Positions 10,064-23,576 of a stretch of 64,000 bases of DNA are shown in pieces (within the stretch, counting starts at the first letter, position 1; every line of letters begins with the position of its first letter). A program made the position numbers and the translations under genes. The notes under the pieces were generated by a model. That model was not told the DNA's origin. It saw only the letters and a list, made by a program, of their open reading frames with translations, and did no database searches. The DNA comes from Auanema rhodensis (lineage: Eukaryota > Animalia > Nematoda): the NCBI GenBank assembly GCA_964057225.1, contig OZ059899.1, positions 11,098,001-11,162,000 on the forward strand, given 5' to 3'.

Positions 10064-10171
10064 AATATGATTTTAACAGCTGACGCTCAAAAATATGTTT
10101 TTGACAGCTGACGCGCCCCAAAAGTATGTTTTTAGCAGCTGACGCCCCCAAAAGTATGTTTTTAGCAACTG
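10064..10171. repeat. Subterminal ~30-bp repeats (CAGCTGACG core) of the Maverick terminal region
   Basis: Three to four copies of ATGTTTTTRRCAGCTGACGC..CAAAA just inside the terminus. Confidence 0.8.
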
Positions 10172-10358
10172 TTTGGGGGCGTGGTTAGTAAATTTTGCAC
10201 GGCTCTCTACTAGTATCATGTTTGCTTGTTATTCAATTAGAACACTTATTTTTTGATTGTTTTCTTGAAATATTCTTTTTTTTTCTTTAACAAAGTTATG
10301 ACTGAGATCAAAATTTGAACTTACTTTTGAACAATTAAACAGAAATTTAAAAATTATT

Positions 10359-10432
10359 TGCCGCCAGCAGGGGTCGAACCTGCGACCTTGGGCTTATTAG
10401 ACCCACGCTCTAACCGACTGAGCTATGGCGGC
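10359..10432 (-). tRNA. tRNA-Ile(AAT)
   Basis: GCCGCCATAGCTCAGTCGGTTAGAGCGTGGGTCTAATAAGCCCAAGGTCGCAGGTTCGACCCCTGCTGGCGGCA folds as a cloverleaf; A and B boxes; downstream T-run. Confidence 0.95.
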
Positions 10433-10768
10433 TACGAAAGTACGAAATAACAAAGCGCTGATTATAGGAAACGTGAATGAATGCAGATATTCTCAATTCC
10501 GATTCATTAACTAGATCGTGGTCAGCATTTTACAACATTGATAAAATAGAAACTGAGAAAAAAACATCAACAAATGACACTATTAACTTGGTTTTTTGAA
10601 CAGCTTTTTTATATTTCTTTTTTCACTATGAGAGAACTTATATTTATTGCTTTTTCAAAATTTTCCATTTTCAACATTATACATCTTGACTATCACACAT
10701 TGAGAACAAAGTTGGCAATGTTGGTTGTCACGTCATATTTCATGAAAAACAGAAATTTAAAAAATATT

Positions 10769-10842
10769 TGCCGCCAGCAGGGGTCGAACCTGCGACCTTG
10801 GGCTTATTAGACCCACGCTCTAACCGACTGAGCTATGGCGGC
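10769..10842 (-). tRNA. tRNA-Ile(AAT)
   Basis: Consensus copy. Confidence 0.93.
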
Positions 10843-10912
10843 TACGAAAGTACGAAATAACAAAGCGCTGATTATAGGAAACGTGAATGAATGCAGATAT
10901 TCTCAATTCCGA

Positions 10913-11244
10913 TGTGGCGTTATACCGCAAGTGTATAGTATGGTTGGAAGTAAAACACAAAGCGAATATGTAGAAAAAGGTTTATTGATGAATTAACAAG
11001 ACAAGCACGGAATAGAATCACTGACTGCGAACGTGGAAAAATGTAAGACTGTCCTCCGTTGTTGGGCGGTCTTCTGAAATAAACTGTTACTTATGCCACA
11101 TGTTAACACATATGTTATGCATATGTGTTTTGATCTAGTTACAAAGGAAGGAGATAAAGAGAGAGAGAGAGAGAGAGAGAGAGGTATATATATATAGAGA
11201 GAGATAGAGATAACAAAAACAAAACCTACTCGCTTATCGCGACA
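10913..11244 (-). mobile_element. Solo LTR, family A (TGTGGCG..TCGCGACA), TSD TCCGA
   Basis: TG..CA ends, 5-bp TSD, minus-strand TATA and AATAAA, (GA)n tract. Confidence 0.85.
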
Positions 11245-11772
11245 TCCGATTCATTAACTAGATCGTGGTCAGCATTTTACAACATTGATAAAATAGAAAC
11301 TGAGAAAAAAACATCAACAAATGACACTATTAACTTGGTTTTTTGAACAGCTTTTTTATATTTCTTTTTTCACTATGAGAGAACTTATATTAATTGCTTT
11401 TTCAAAATTTTCCATTTTTAACATTATACATCTTGACTATCACACATTGAGAACAACAGTTGGCAATGTTGGTTGTCACGTCATATTTCATGCAGTTAGA
11501 TTTTCAGACACATTAATACCTTTGACCATTCTTCTTATGAGTTTTGTAACGATAGATCGTAATAGGAAATGAATTGCTATAATATGAAAAAATACAAGAC
11601 ATAGTCAACATTGATTTCCGAAAATAGTATCATGTTTGCTTGTTATTCAATTAGAACATTTATTTTTTGATTGTTTTCTTGAAATATTCTTTTTTTTTCT
11701 TTAACAAAGTTATGACTGAGATCAAAATTTGAACTTACTTTTGAACAATTAAACAGAAATATAAAAAATATT

Positions 11773-11846
11773 TGCGGCCAGCAGGGGTCGAACCTGCGAC
11801 CTTGGGCTTATTAGACCCACGCTCTAACCGACTGAGCTATGGCGGC
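11773..11846 (-). tRNA. tRNA-Ile(AAT), G70C variant
   Basis: C3:C70 mismatch. Confidence 0.85.
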
Positions 11847-12439
11847 TACGAAAGTACGAAATAACAAAGCGCTGATTATAGGAAACGTGAATGAATGCAG
11901 ATATTCTCAATTCCGATTCATTAACTAGATCGTGGTCAGCATTTTACAACATTGATAAAATAGAAACTGAGAAAAAAACATCAACAAATGACACTATTAA
12001 CTTGGTTTTTTGAACAGCTTTTTTATATTTCTTTTTTCACTATGAGAGAACTTATATTTATTGCTTTTTCAAAATTTTCCATTTTTAACATAATACATCT
12101 TGACTATCACACATTGAGAACAACAGTTGGCAATGTTGGTTGTCACGTCATATTTCATGCAGTTAGATTTTCAGACACATTAATACCTTTGACCATTCTT
12201 CTTATGAGTTTTGTAACGATAGATCGTAATAGGAAATGAATTGGTATAATATGAAAAAATACAAGACATAGTCAACATTGATTTCCCCAAATAGTATCAT
12301 GTTTGCTTGTTATTCAATTAGAACACTTATTTTTTGATTGTTTTCTTGAAATATTCTTTTTTTTTCTTTAACAAAGTTATGACTGAGATCAAAATTTGAA
12401 CTTACTTTTGAACAATTAAACAGAAATTTAAAAAATATT

Positions 12440-12513
12440 TGCCGCCAGCAGGGGTCGAACCTGCGACCTTGGGCTTATTAGACCCACGCTCTAACCGACT
12501 GAGCTATGGCGGC
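12440..12513 (-). tRNA. tRNA-Ile(AAT)
   Basis: Consensus copy. Confidence 0.93.
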
Positions 12514-13112
12514 TACGAAAGTACGAAATAACAAAGCGCTGATTATAGGAAACGTGAATGAATGCAGATATTCTCAATTCCGATTCATTAACTAGATCGT
12601 GGTCAGCATTTTACAACATTGATAAAATAGAAACTGAGAAAAAAACATCAACAAATGACACTATTAACTTGGTTTTTTGAACAGCTTTTTTATATTTCTT
12701 TTTTCACTATGAGAGAACTTATATTTATTGCTTTTTCAAAATTTTCCATTTTTAACATAATACATCTTGACTATCACACATTGAGAACAACAGTTGGCAA
12801 TGTTGGTTGTCACATCATATTTCATGCAGTTAGATTTTCAGACACATTAATACCTTTGACCATTCTTCTTATGAGTTTTGTAACGATAACGATAGATCGT
12901 AATAGGAAATGAATTGATATAATATGAAAAAATACAAGACATAGTCAACATTGATTTCCCCAAATAGTATCATGTTTGCTTGTTATTCAATTAGAACACT
13001 TATTTTTTGATTGTTTTCTTCAAATATTCTTTTTTTTTCTTTAACAAAGTTATGACTGAGATCAAAATTTGAACTTACTTTTGAACAATTAAACAGAAAT
13101 TTAAAAAATATT

Positions 13113-13186
13113 TGCCGCCAGCAGGGGTCGAACCTGCGACCTTGGGCATATTAGACCCACGCTCTAACCGACTGAGCTATGGCGGC
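13113..13186 (-). tRNA. tRNA-Ile(AAT), A38T variant
   Basis: Anticodon loop CTAATAT. Confidence 0.85.
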
Positions 13187-13779
13187 TACGAAAGTACGAA
13201 ATAACAAAGCGCTGATTATAGGAAACGTGAATGAATGCAGATATTCTCAATTCCGATTCATTAACTAGATCGTGGTCAGCATTTTACAACATTGATAAAA
13301 TAGAAACTGAGAAAAAAACATCAACAAATGACACTATTAACTTGGTTTTTTGAACAGCATTTTTATATTTCTTTTTTCACTATGAGAGAACTTATATTCA
13401 TTGATTTTTCAAAATTTTCCTTTTTTAACATTATACATCTTGACTATCACACATTGAGAACAACAGTTGGCAATATTGGTTGTCACGTCATATTTCATGC
13501 AGTTAGATTTTCAGACACATTAATACCTTGGACCATTCTTCTTATGAGTTTTGTAACGATAGATCGTAATAGGAAATGAATTGCTATAATATGAAAAAAT
13601 ACAAGACATAGTCAACATTGATTTCTTCAAATAGTATCATGTTTGCTTGTTATTCAATTAGAACACTTATTTTTTGATTGTTTTCTTGAAATATTCTTTT
13701 TTTTTCTTTAACAAAGTTATGACTGAGATCAAAATTTGAACTTACTTTTGAACAATTAAACAGAAATTTAAAAATTATT

Positions 13780-13853
13780 TGCCGCCAGCAGGGGTCGAAC
13801 CTGCGACCTTGGGCTTATTAGACCCACGCTCTAACCGACTGAGCTATGGCGGC
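13780..13853 (-). tRNA. tRNA-Ile(AAT)
   Basis: Consensus copy. Confidence 0.93.
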
Positions 13854-14189
13854 TACGAAAGTACGAAATAACAAAGCGCTGATTATAGGAAACGTGAATG
13901 AATGCAGATATTCTCAATTCCGATTCATTAACTAGATCGTGGTCAGCATTTTACAACATTGATAAAATAGAAACTGAGAAAAAAACATCAACAAATGACA
14001 CTATTAACTTGGTTTTTTGAACAGCTTTTTTATATTTCTTTTTACACTATGAGAGAACTTATATTTATTGCTTTTTCAAAATTTTCCATTTTCAACATTA
14101 TACATCTTGACTATCACACATTGAGAACAAAGTTGGCAATGTTGGTTGTCACGTCATATTTCATGAAAAACAGAAATTTAAAAAATATT

Positions 14190-14263
14190 TGCCGCCAGCA
14201 GGGGTCGAACCTGCGACCTTGGGCTTATTAGACCCACGCTCTAACCGACTGAGCTATGGCGGC
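14190..14263 (-). tRNA. tRNA-Ile(AAT)
   Basis: Consensus copy. Confidence 0.93.
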
Positions 14264-14333
14264 TACGAAAGTACGAAATAACAAAGCGCTGATTATAGGA
14301 AACGTGAATGAATGCAGATATTCTCAATTCCGA

Positions 14334-14665
14334 TGTGGCGTTATACCGCAAGTGTATAGTATGGTTGGAAGTAAAACACAAAGCGAATATGTAGAAAAAG
14401 GTTTATTGATGAATTAACAAGACAAGCACGGAATAGAATCACTGACTGCGAACGTGGAAAAATGTAAGACTGTCCTCCGTTGTTGGGCGGTCTTCTGAAA
14501 TAAACTGTTACTTATGCCACATGTTAACACATATGTTATGCATATGTGTTTTGATCTAGTTACAAAGGAAGGAGATAAAGAGAGAGAGAGAGAGAGAGAG
14601 AGAGGTATATATATATAGAGAGAGATAGAGATAACAAAAACAAAACCTACTCGCTTATCGCGACA
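14334..14665 (-). mobile_element. Solo LTR, family A
   Basis: Same sequence and TCCGA TSD. Confidence 0.85.
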
Positions 14666-15193
14666 TCCGATTCATTAACTAGATCGTGGTCAGCATTTTA
14701 CAACATTGATAAAATAGAAACTGAGAAAAAAACATCAACAAATGACACTATTAACTTGGTTTTTTGAACAGCTTTTTTATATTTCTTTTTTCACTATGAG
14801 AGAACTTATATTAATTGCTTTTTCAAAATTTTCCATTTTTAACATTATACATCTTGACTATCACACATTGAGAACAACAGTTGGCAATGTTGGTTGTCAC
14901 GTCATATTTCATGCAGTTAGATTTTCAGACACATTAATACCTTTGACCATTCTTCTTATGAGTTTTGTAACGATAGATCGTAATAGGAAATGAATTGCTA
15001 TAATATGAAAAAATACAAGACATAGTCAACATTGATTTCCGAAAATAGTATCATGTTTGCTTGTTATTCAATTAGAACATTTATTTTTTGATTGTTTTCT
15101 TGAAATATTCTTTTTTTTTTTTTAACAAAGTTATGACTGAGATCAAAATTTGAACTTACTTTTGAACAATTAAACAGAAATATAAAAAATATT

Positions 15194-15267
15194 TGCGGCC
15201 AGCAGGGGTCGAACCTGCGACCTTGGGCTTATTAGACCCACGCTCTAACCGACTGAGCTATGGCGGC
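15194..15267 (-). tRNA. tRNA-Ile(AAT), G70C variant
   Basis: C3:C70 mismatch. Confidence 0.85.
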
Positions 15268-15860
15268 TACGAAAGTACGAAATAACAAAGCGCTGATTAT
15301 AGGAAACGTGAATGAATGCAGATATTCTCAATTCCGATTCATTAACTAGATCGTGGTCAGCATTTTACAACATTGATAAAATAGAAACTGAGAAAAAAAC
15401 ATCAACAAATGACACTATTAACTTGGTTTTTTGAACAGCTTTTTTATATTTCTTTTTTCACTATGAGAGAACTTATATTTATTGCTTTTTCAAAATTTTC
15501 CATTTTTAACATAATACATCTTGACTATCACACATTGAGAACAACAGTTGGCAATGTTGGTTGTCACGTCATATTTCATGCAGTTAGATTTTCAGACACA
15601 TTAATACCTTTGACCATTCTTCTTATGAGTTTTGTAACGATAGATCGTAATAGGAAATGAATTGGTATAATATGAAAAAATACAAGACATAGTCAACATT
15701 GATTTCCCCAAATAGTATCATGTTTGCTTGTTATTCAATTAGAACACTTATTTTTTGATTGTTTTCTTGAAATATTCTTTTTTTTTCTTTAACAAAGTTA
15801 TGACTGAGATCAAAATTTGAACTTACTTTTGAACAATTAAACAGAAATTTAAAAAATATT

Positions 15861-15934
15861 TGCCGCCAGCAGGGGTCGAACCTGCGACCTTGGGCTTATT
15901 AGACCCACGCTCTAACCGACTGAGCTATGGCGGC
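15861..15934 (-). tRNA. tRNA-Ile(AAT)
   Basis: Consensus copy. Confidence 0.93.
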
Positions 15935-16527
15935 TACGAAAGTACGAAATAACAAAGCGCTGATTATAGGAAACGTGAATGAATGCAGATATTCTCAATT
16001 CCGATTCATTAACTAGATCGTGGTCAGCATTTTACAACATTGATAAAATAGAAACTGAGAAAAAAACATCAACAAATGACACTATTAACTTGGTTTTTTG
16101 AACAGCTTTTTTATATTTCTTTTTTCACTATGAGAGAACTTATATTTATTGCTTTTTCAAAATTTTCCATTTTTAACATAATACATCTTGACTATCACAC
16201 ATTGAGAACAACAGTTGGCAATGTTGGTTGTCACGTCATATTTCATGCAGTTAGATTTTCAGACACATTAATACCTTTGACCATTCTTCTTATGAGTTTT
16301 GTAACGATAGATCGTAATAGGAAATGAATTGGTATAATATGAAAAAATACAAGACATAGTCAACATTGATTTCCCCAAATAGTATCATGTTTGCTTGTTA
16401 TTCAATTAGAACACTTATTTTTTGATTGTTTTCTTGAAATATTCTTTTTTTTTCTTTAACAAAGTTATGACTGAGATCAAAATTTGAACTTACTTTTGAA
16501 CAATTAAACAGAAATTTAAAAAATATT

Positions 16528-16601
16528 TGCCGCCAGCAGGGGTCGAACCTGCGACCTTGGGCTTATTAGACCCACGCTCTAACCGACTGAGCTATGGCGG
16601 C
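16528..16601 (-). tRNA. tRNA-Ile(AAT)
   Basis: Consensus copy. Confidence 0.93.
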
Positions 16602-17194
16602 TACGAAAGTACGAAATAACAAAGCGTTGATTATAGGAAACGTGAATGAATGCAGATATTCTCAATTCCGATTCATTAACTAGATCGCGGTCAGCATTTT
16701 ACAACATTGATAAAATAGAAACTGAGAAAAAAACATCAACAAATGACACTATTAACTTGGTTTTTTGAACAGCTTTTTTATATTTCTTTTTTCACTATGA
16801 GAGAACTTATATTTATTGCTTTTTCAAAATTTTCCATTTTTAACATAATACATCTTGACTATCACACATTGAGAACAACAGTTGGCAATGTTGGTTGTCA
16901 CGTCATATTTCATGCAGTTAGATTTTCAGACACATTAATACCTTTGACCATTCTTCTTATGAGTTTTGTAACGATAGATCGTAATAGGAAATGAATTGGT
17001 ATAATATGAAAAAATACAAGACATAGTCAACATTGATTTCCCCAAATAGTATCATGTTTGCTTGTTATTCAATTAGAACACTTATTTTTTGATTGTTTTC
17101 TTGAAATATTCTTTTTTTTTCTTTAACAAAGTTATGACTGAGATCAAAATTTGAACTTACTTTTGAACAATTAAACAGAAATTTAAAAAATATT

Positions 17195-17268
17195 TGCCGC
17201 CAGCAGGGGTCGAACCTGCGACCTTGGGCTTATTAGACCCACGCTCTAACCGACTGAGCTATGGCGGC
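17195..17268 (-). tRNA. tRNA-Ile(AAT)
   Basis: Consensus copy. Confidence 0.93.
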
Positions 17269-17868
17269 TACGAAAGTACGAAATAACAAAGCGCTGATTA
17301 TAGGAAACGTGAATGAATGCAGATATTCTCAATTCCGATTCATTAACTAGATCGTGGTCAGCATTTTACAACATTGATAAAATAGAAACTGAGAAAAAAA
17401 CATCAACAAATGACACTATTAACTTGGTTTTTTGAACAGCTTTTTTATATTTCTTTTTTCACTATGAGAGAACTTATATTTATTGCTTTTTCAAAATTTT
17501 CCATTTTTAACATAATACATCTTGACTATCACACATTGAGAACAACAGTTGGCAATGTTGGTTGTCACATCATATTTCATGCAGTTAGATTTTCAGACAC
17601 ATTAATACCTTTGACCATTCTTCTTATGAGTTTTGTAACGATAACGATAGATCGTAATAGGAAATGAATTGATATAATATGAAAAAATACAAGACATAGT
17701 CAACATTGATTTCCCCAAATAGTATCATGTTTGCTTGTTATTCAATTAGAACACTTATTTTTTGATTGTTTTCTTCAAATATTCTTTTTTTTTTCTTTAA
17801 CAAAGTTATGACTGAGATCAAAATTTGAACTTACTTTTGAACAATTAAACAGAAATTTAAAAAATATT

Positions 17869-17942
17869 TGCCGCCAGCAGGGGTCGAACCTGCGACCTTG
17901 GGCATATTAGACCCACGCTCTAACCGACTGAGCTATGGCGGC
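17869..17942 (-). tRNA. tRNA-Ile(AAT), A38T variant
   Basis: Anticodon loop CTAATAT. Confidence 0.85.
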
Positions 17943-18535
17943 TACGAAAGTACGAAATAACAAAGCGCTGATTATAGGAAACGTGAATGAATGCAGATAT
18001 TCTCAATTCCGATTCATTAACTAGATCGTGGTCAGCATTTTACAACATTGATAAAATAGAAACTGAGAAAAAAACATCAACAAATGACACTATTAACTTG
18101 GTTTTTTGAACAGCATTTTTATATTTCTTTTTTCACTATGAGAGAACTTATATTCATTGATTTTTCAAAATTTTCCTTTTTTAACATTATACATCTTGAC
18201 TATCACACATTGAGAACAACAGTTGGCAATATTGGTTGTCACGTCATATTTCATGCAGTTAGATTTTCAGACACATTAATACCTTGGACCATTCTTCTTA
18301 TGAGTTTTGTAACGATAGATCGTAATAGGAAATGAATTGCTATAATATGAAAAAATACAAGACATAGTCAACATTGATTTCTTCAAATAGTATCATGTTT
18401 GCTTGTTATTCAATTAGAACACTTATTTTTTGATTGTTTTCTTGAAATATTCTTTTTTTTTCTTTAACAAAGTTATGACTGAGATCAAAATTTGAACTTA
18501 CTTTTGAACAATTAAACAGAAATTTTAAAAATATT

Positions 18536-18609
18536 TGCCGCCAGCAGGGGTCGAACCTGCGACCTTGGGCTTATTAGACCCACGCTCTAACCGACTGAGC
18601 TATGGCGGC
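18536..18609 (-). tRNA. tRNA-Ile(AAT)
   Basis: Consensus copy. Confidence 0.93.
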
Positions 18610-18945
18610 TACGAAAGTACGAAATAACAAAGCGCTGATTATAGGAAACGTGAATGAATGCAGATATTCTCAATTCCGATTCATTAACTAGATCGTGGTC
18701 AGCATTTTACAACATTGATAAAATAGAAACTGAGAAAAAAACATCAACAAATGACACTATTAACTTGGTTTTTTTAACAGCTTTTTTATATTTCTTTTTT
18801 CACTATGAGAGAACTTATATTTATTGCTTTTTCAAAATTTTCCATTTTCAACATTATACATCTTGACTATCACACATTGAGAACAAAGTTGGCAATGTTG
18901 GTTGTCACGTCATATTTCATGAAAAACAGAAATTTAAAAAATATT

Positions 18946-19019
18946 TGCCGCCAGCAGGGGTCGAACCTGCGACCTTGGGCTTATTAGACCCACGCTCTAA
19001 CCGACTGAGCTATGGCGGC
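18946..19019 (-). tRNA. tRNA-Ile(AAT)
   Basis: Consensus copy. Confidence 0.93.
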
Positions 19020-19612
19020 TACGAAAGTACGAAATAACAAAGCGTTGATTATAGGAAACGTGAATGAATGCAGATATTCTCAATTCCGATTCATTAACTA
19101 GATCGTGGTCAGCATTTTACAACATTGATAAAATAGAGACTGAGAAAAAAACATCAACAAATGACACTATTAACTTGGTTTTTTTAACAGCTTTTTTATA
19201 TTTCTTTTTTCACTATGAGAGAACTAATATTTATTGCTTTTTCAAAATTTTCCATTTTTAACATTATACATCTTGACTATCACACATTGAGAACAACAGT
19301 TGGCAATGTTGGTTGTCACGTCATATTTCATGCAGTTAGATTTTCAGACACATTAATACCTTTGACCATTCTTCTTATGAGTTTTGTAACGATAGATCGT
19401 AATAGGAAATGAATTGCTATAATATGAAAAAATACAAGACATAGTCAACATTGATTTCCCCAAATAGTATCATGTTTGCTTGTTATTCAATTAGAACACT
19501 TATTTCTTGATTGTTTTCTTGAAATATTCTTTTTTTTTCTTTAACAAAGTTATGACTGAGATCAAAATTTGAACTTACTTTTGAACAATTAAACAGAAAT
19601 ATAAAAAATATT

Positions 19613-19686
19613 TGCGGCCAGCAGGGGTCGAACCTGCGACCTTGGGCTTATTATACCCACGCTCTAACCGACTGACCTATGGCGGC
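19613..19686 (-). pseudogene. Degenerate tRNA-Ile(AAT) copy
   Basis: G70C plus D-stem C11G and C32A. Confidence 0.7.
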
Positions 19687-20279
19687 TACGAAAGTACGAA
19701 ATAACAAAGCGCTGATTATAGGAAACGTGAATGAATGCAGATATTCTCAATTCCGATTCATTAACTAGATCGTGGTCAGCATTTTACAACATTGATAAAA
19801 TAGAAACTGAGAAAAAAACATCAACAAATGACACTATTAACTTGGTTTTTTGAACAGCTTTTTTATATTTCTTTTTTCACTATGAGAGAACTTATATTTA
19901 TTGCTTTTTCAAAATTTTCCATTTTTAACATTATACATCTTGACTATCACACATTGAGAACAACAGTTGGCAATGTTGGTTGTCACGTCATATTTCATGC
20001 AGTTAGATTTTCAGACACATTAATACCTTTGACCATTCTTCTTATGAGTTTTGTAACGATAGATCGTAATAGGAAATGAATTGCTATAATATGAAAAAAT
20101 ACAAGACATAGTCAACATTGATTTCCCCAAATAGTATCATGTTTGCTTGTTATTCAATTAGAACACTTATTTTTTGATTGTTTTCTTGAAATATTCTTTT
20201 TTTTTCTTTAACAAAGTTATGACTGAGATCAAAATTTGAACTTACTTTTGAACAATTAAACAGAAATTTAAAAAATATT

Positions 20280-20353
20280 TGCCGCCAGCAGGGGTCGAAC
20301 CTGCGACCTTGGGCTTATTAGACCCACGCTCTAACCGACTGAGCTATGGCGGC
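20280..20353 (-). tRNA. tRNA-Ile(AAT)
   Basis: Consensus copy. Confidence 0.93.
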
Positions 20354-20946
20354 TACGAAAGTACGAAATAACAAAGCGCTGATTATAGGAAACGTGAATG
20401 AATGCAGATATTCTCAATTCCGATTCATTAACTAGATCGTGGTCAGCATTTTACAACATTGATAAAATAGAAACTGAGAAAAAAACATCAACAAATGACA
20501 CTATTAACTTGGTTTTTTGAACAGCTTTTTTATATTTCTTTTTTCACTATGAGAGAACTTATATTTATTGCTTTTTCAAAATTTTCCATTTTTAACATTA
20601 TACATCTTGACTATCACACATTGAGAACAACAGTTGGCAATGTTGGTTGTCACGTCATATTTCATGCAGTTAGATTTTCAGACACATTAATACCTTTGAC
20701 CATTCTTCTTATGAGTTTTGTAACGATAGATCGTAATAGGAAATGAATTGCTATAATATGAAAAAATACAAGACATAGTCAACATTGATTTCCCCAAATA
20801 GTATCATGTTTGCTTGTTATTCAATTAGAACACTTATTTTTTGATTGTTTTCTTGAAATATTCTTTTTTTTTCTTTAACAAAGTTATGACTGAGATCAAA
20901 ATTTGAACTTACTTTTGAACAATTAAACAGAAATTTAAAAAATATT

Positions 20947-21020
20947 TGCCGCCAGCAGGGGTCGAACCTGCGACCTTGGGCTTATTAGACCCACGCTCTA
21001 ACCGACTGAGCTATGGCGGC
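20947..21020 (-). tRNA. tRNA-Ile(AAT)
   Basis: Consensus copy. Confidence 0.93.
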
Positions 21021-21355
21021 TACGAAAGTACGAAATAACAAAGCGCTGATTATAGGAAACGTGAATGAATGCAGATATTCTCAATTCCGATTCATTAACT
21101 AGATCGTGGTCAGCATTTTACAACATTGATAAAATAGAAACTGAGAAAAAAACATCAACAAATGACACTATTAACTTGGTTTTTTTAACACCTTTTTTTA
21201 TTTCTTTTTTCACTATGAGAGAACTTATATTTATTGCTTTTTCAAAATTTTCCATTTTCAACATTATACATCTTGACTATCACACATTGAGAACAAAGTT
21301 GGCAATGTTGGTTGTCACGTCATATTTCATGAAAAACAGAAATTTAAAAAATATT

Positions 21356-21429
21356 TGCCGCCAGCAGGGGTCGAACCTGCGACCTTGGGCTTATTAGACC
21401 CACGCTCTAACCGACTGAGCTATGGCGGC
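21356..21429 (-). tRNA. tRNA-Ile(AAT)
   Basis: Consensus copy. Confidence 0.93.
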
Positions 21430-21499
21430 TACGAAAGTACGAAATAACAAAGCGCTGATTATAGGAAACGTGAATGAATGCAGATATTCTCAATTCCGA

Positions 21500-21827
21500 T
21501 GTGGCGTTATACCGCAAGTGTATAGTATGGTTGGAAGTAAAACACAAAGCGAATATGTAGAAAAAGGTTTATTGATGAATTAACAAGACAAGCACGGAAT
21601 AGAATCACTGACTGCGAACGTGGAAAAATGTAAGACTGTCCTCCGTTGTTGGGCGGTCTTCTGAAATAAACTGTTACTTATGCCACATGTTAACACATAT
21701 GTTATGCATATGTGTTTTGATCTAGTTACAAAGGAAGGAGATAAAGAGAGAGAGAGAGAGAGAGAGGTATATATATATAGAGAGAGATAGAGATAACAAA
21801 AACAAAACCTACTCGCTTATCGCGACA
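21500..21827 (-). mobile_element. Solo LTR, family A
   Basis: Same sequence and TCCGA TSD; shorter GA tract. Confidence 0.85.
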
Positions 21828-22355
21828 TCCGATTCATTAACTAGATCGTGGTCAGCATTTTACAACATTGATAAAATAGAAACTGAGAAAAAAACATCAA
21901 CAAATGACACTATTAACTTGGTTTTTTGAACAGCTTTTTTATATTTCTTTTTTCACTATGAGAGAACTTATATTAATTGCTTTTTCAAAATTTTCCATTT
22001 TTAACATTATACATCTTGACTATCACACATTGAGAACAACAGTTGGCAATGTTGGTTGTCACGTCATATTTCATGCAGTTAGATTTTCAGACACATTAAT
22101 ACCTTTGACCATTCTTCTTATGAGTTTTGTAACGATAGATCGTAATAGGAAATGAATTGCTATAATATGAAAAAATACAAGACATAGTCAACATTGATTT
22201 CCGAAAATAGTATCATGTTTGCTTGTTATTCAATTAGAACATTTATTTTTTGATTGTTTTCTTGAAATATTCTTTTTTTTTCTTTAACAAAGTTATGACT
22301 GAGATCAAAATTTGAACTTACTTTTGAACAATTAAACAGAAAATTAAAAAATATT

Positions 22356-22429
22356 TGCCGCCAGCAGGGGTCGAACCTGCGACCTTGGGCTTATTAGACC
22401 CACGCTCTAACCGACTGAGCTATGGCGGC
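22356..22429 (-). tRNA. tRNA-Ile(AAT)
   Basis: Consensus copy. Confidence 0.93.
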
Positions 22430-23022
22430 TACGAAAGTACGAAATAACAAAGCGCTGATTATAGGAAACGTGAATGAATGCAGATATTCTCAATTCCGAT
22501 TCATTAACTAGATCGTGGTCAGCATTTTACAACATTGATAAAATAGAAACTGAGAAAAAAACATCAACAAATGACACTATTAACTTGGTTTTTTGAACAG
22601 CTTTTTTATATTTCTTTTTTCACTATGAGAGAACTTATATTTATTGCTTTTTCAAAATTTTCCATTTTTAACATTATACATCTTGACTATCACACATTGA
22701 GAACAACAGTTGGCAATGTTGGTTGTCACGTCATATTTCATGCAGTTAGATTTTCAGACACATTAATACCTTTGACCATTCTTCTTATGAGTTTTGTAAC
22801 GATAGATCGTAATAGGAAATGAATTGCTATAATATGAAAAAATACAAGACATAGTCAACATTGATTTCCCCAAATAGTATCATGTTTGCTTGTTATTCAA
22901 TTAGAACACTTATTTTTTGATTGTTTTCTTGAAATATTCTTTTTTTTTCTTTAACAAAGTTATGACTGAGATCAAAATTTGAACTTACTTTTGAACAATT
23001 AAACAGAAATTTAAAAAATATT

Positions 23023-23096
23023 TGCCGCCAGCAGGGGTCGAACCTGCGACCTTGGGCTTATTAGACCCACGCTCTAACCGACTGAGCTATGGCGGC
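23023..23096 (-). tRNA. tRNA-Ile(AAT)
   Basis: Consensus copy. Confidence 0.93.
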
Positions 23097-23432
23097 TACG
23101 AAAGTACGAAATAACAAAGCGCTGATTATAGGAAACGTGAATGAATGCAGATATTCTCAATTCCGATTCATTAACTAGATCGTGGTCAGCATTTTACAAC
23201 ATTGATAAAATAGAAACTGAGAAAAAAACATCAACAAATGACACTATTAACTTGGTTTTTTTAACAGCTTTTTTATATTTCTTTTTTCACTATGAGAGAA
23301 CTTATATTTATTGCTTTTTCAAAATTTTCCATTTTCAACATTATACATCTTGACTATCACACATTGAGAACAAAGTTGGCAATGTTGGTTGTCACGTCAT
23401 ATTTCATGAAAAACAGAAATTTAAAAAATATT

Positions 23433-23506
23433 TGCCGCCAGCAGGGGTCGAACCTGCGACCTTGGGCTTATTAGACCCACGCTCTAACCGACTGAGCTAT
23501 GGCGGC
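23433..23506 (-). tRNA. tRNA-Ile(AAT)
   Basis: Consensus copy. Confidence 0.93.
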
Positions 23507-23576
23507 TACGAAAGTACGAAATAACAAAGCGCTGATTATAGGAAACGTGAATGAATGCAGATATTCTCAATTCCGA

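Larger units (their letters stand above)
1..10211. mobile_element. Maverick/Polinton, right arm (left part outside window)
   Basis: Clustered pPolB, MCP, mCP, cysteine protease, ATPase and chromodomain integrase. Ends in ...GGCTCTCTACT (reverse complement AGTAGAGAG, AG..CT-type terminus), followed by AGTATC, a candidate 6-bp TSD. Confidence 0.93.
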
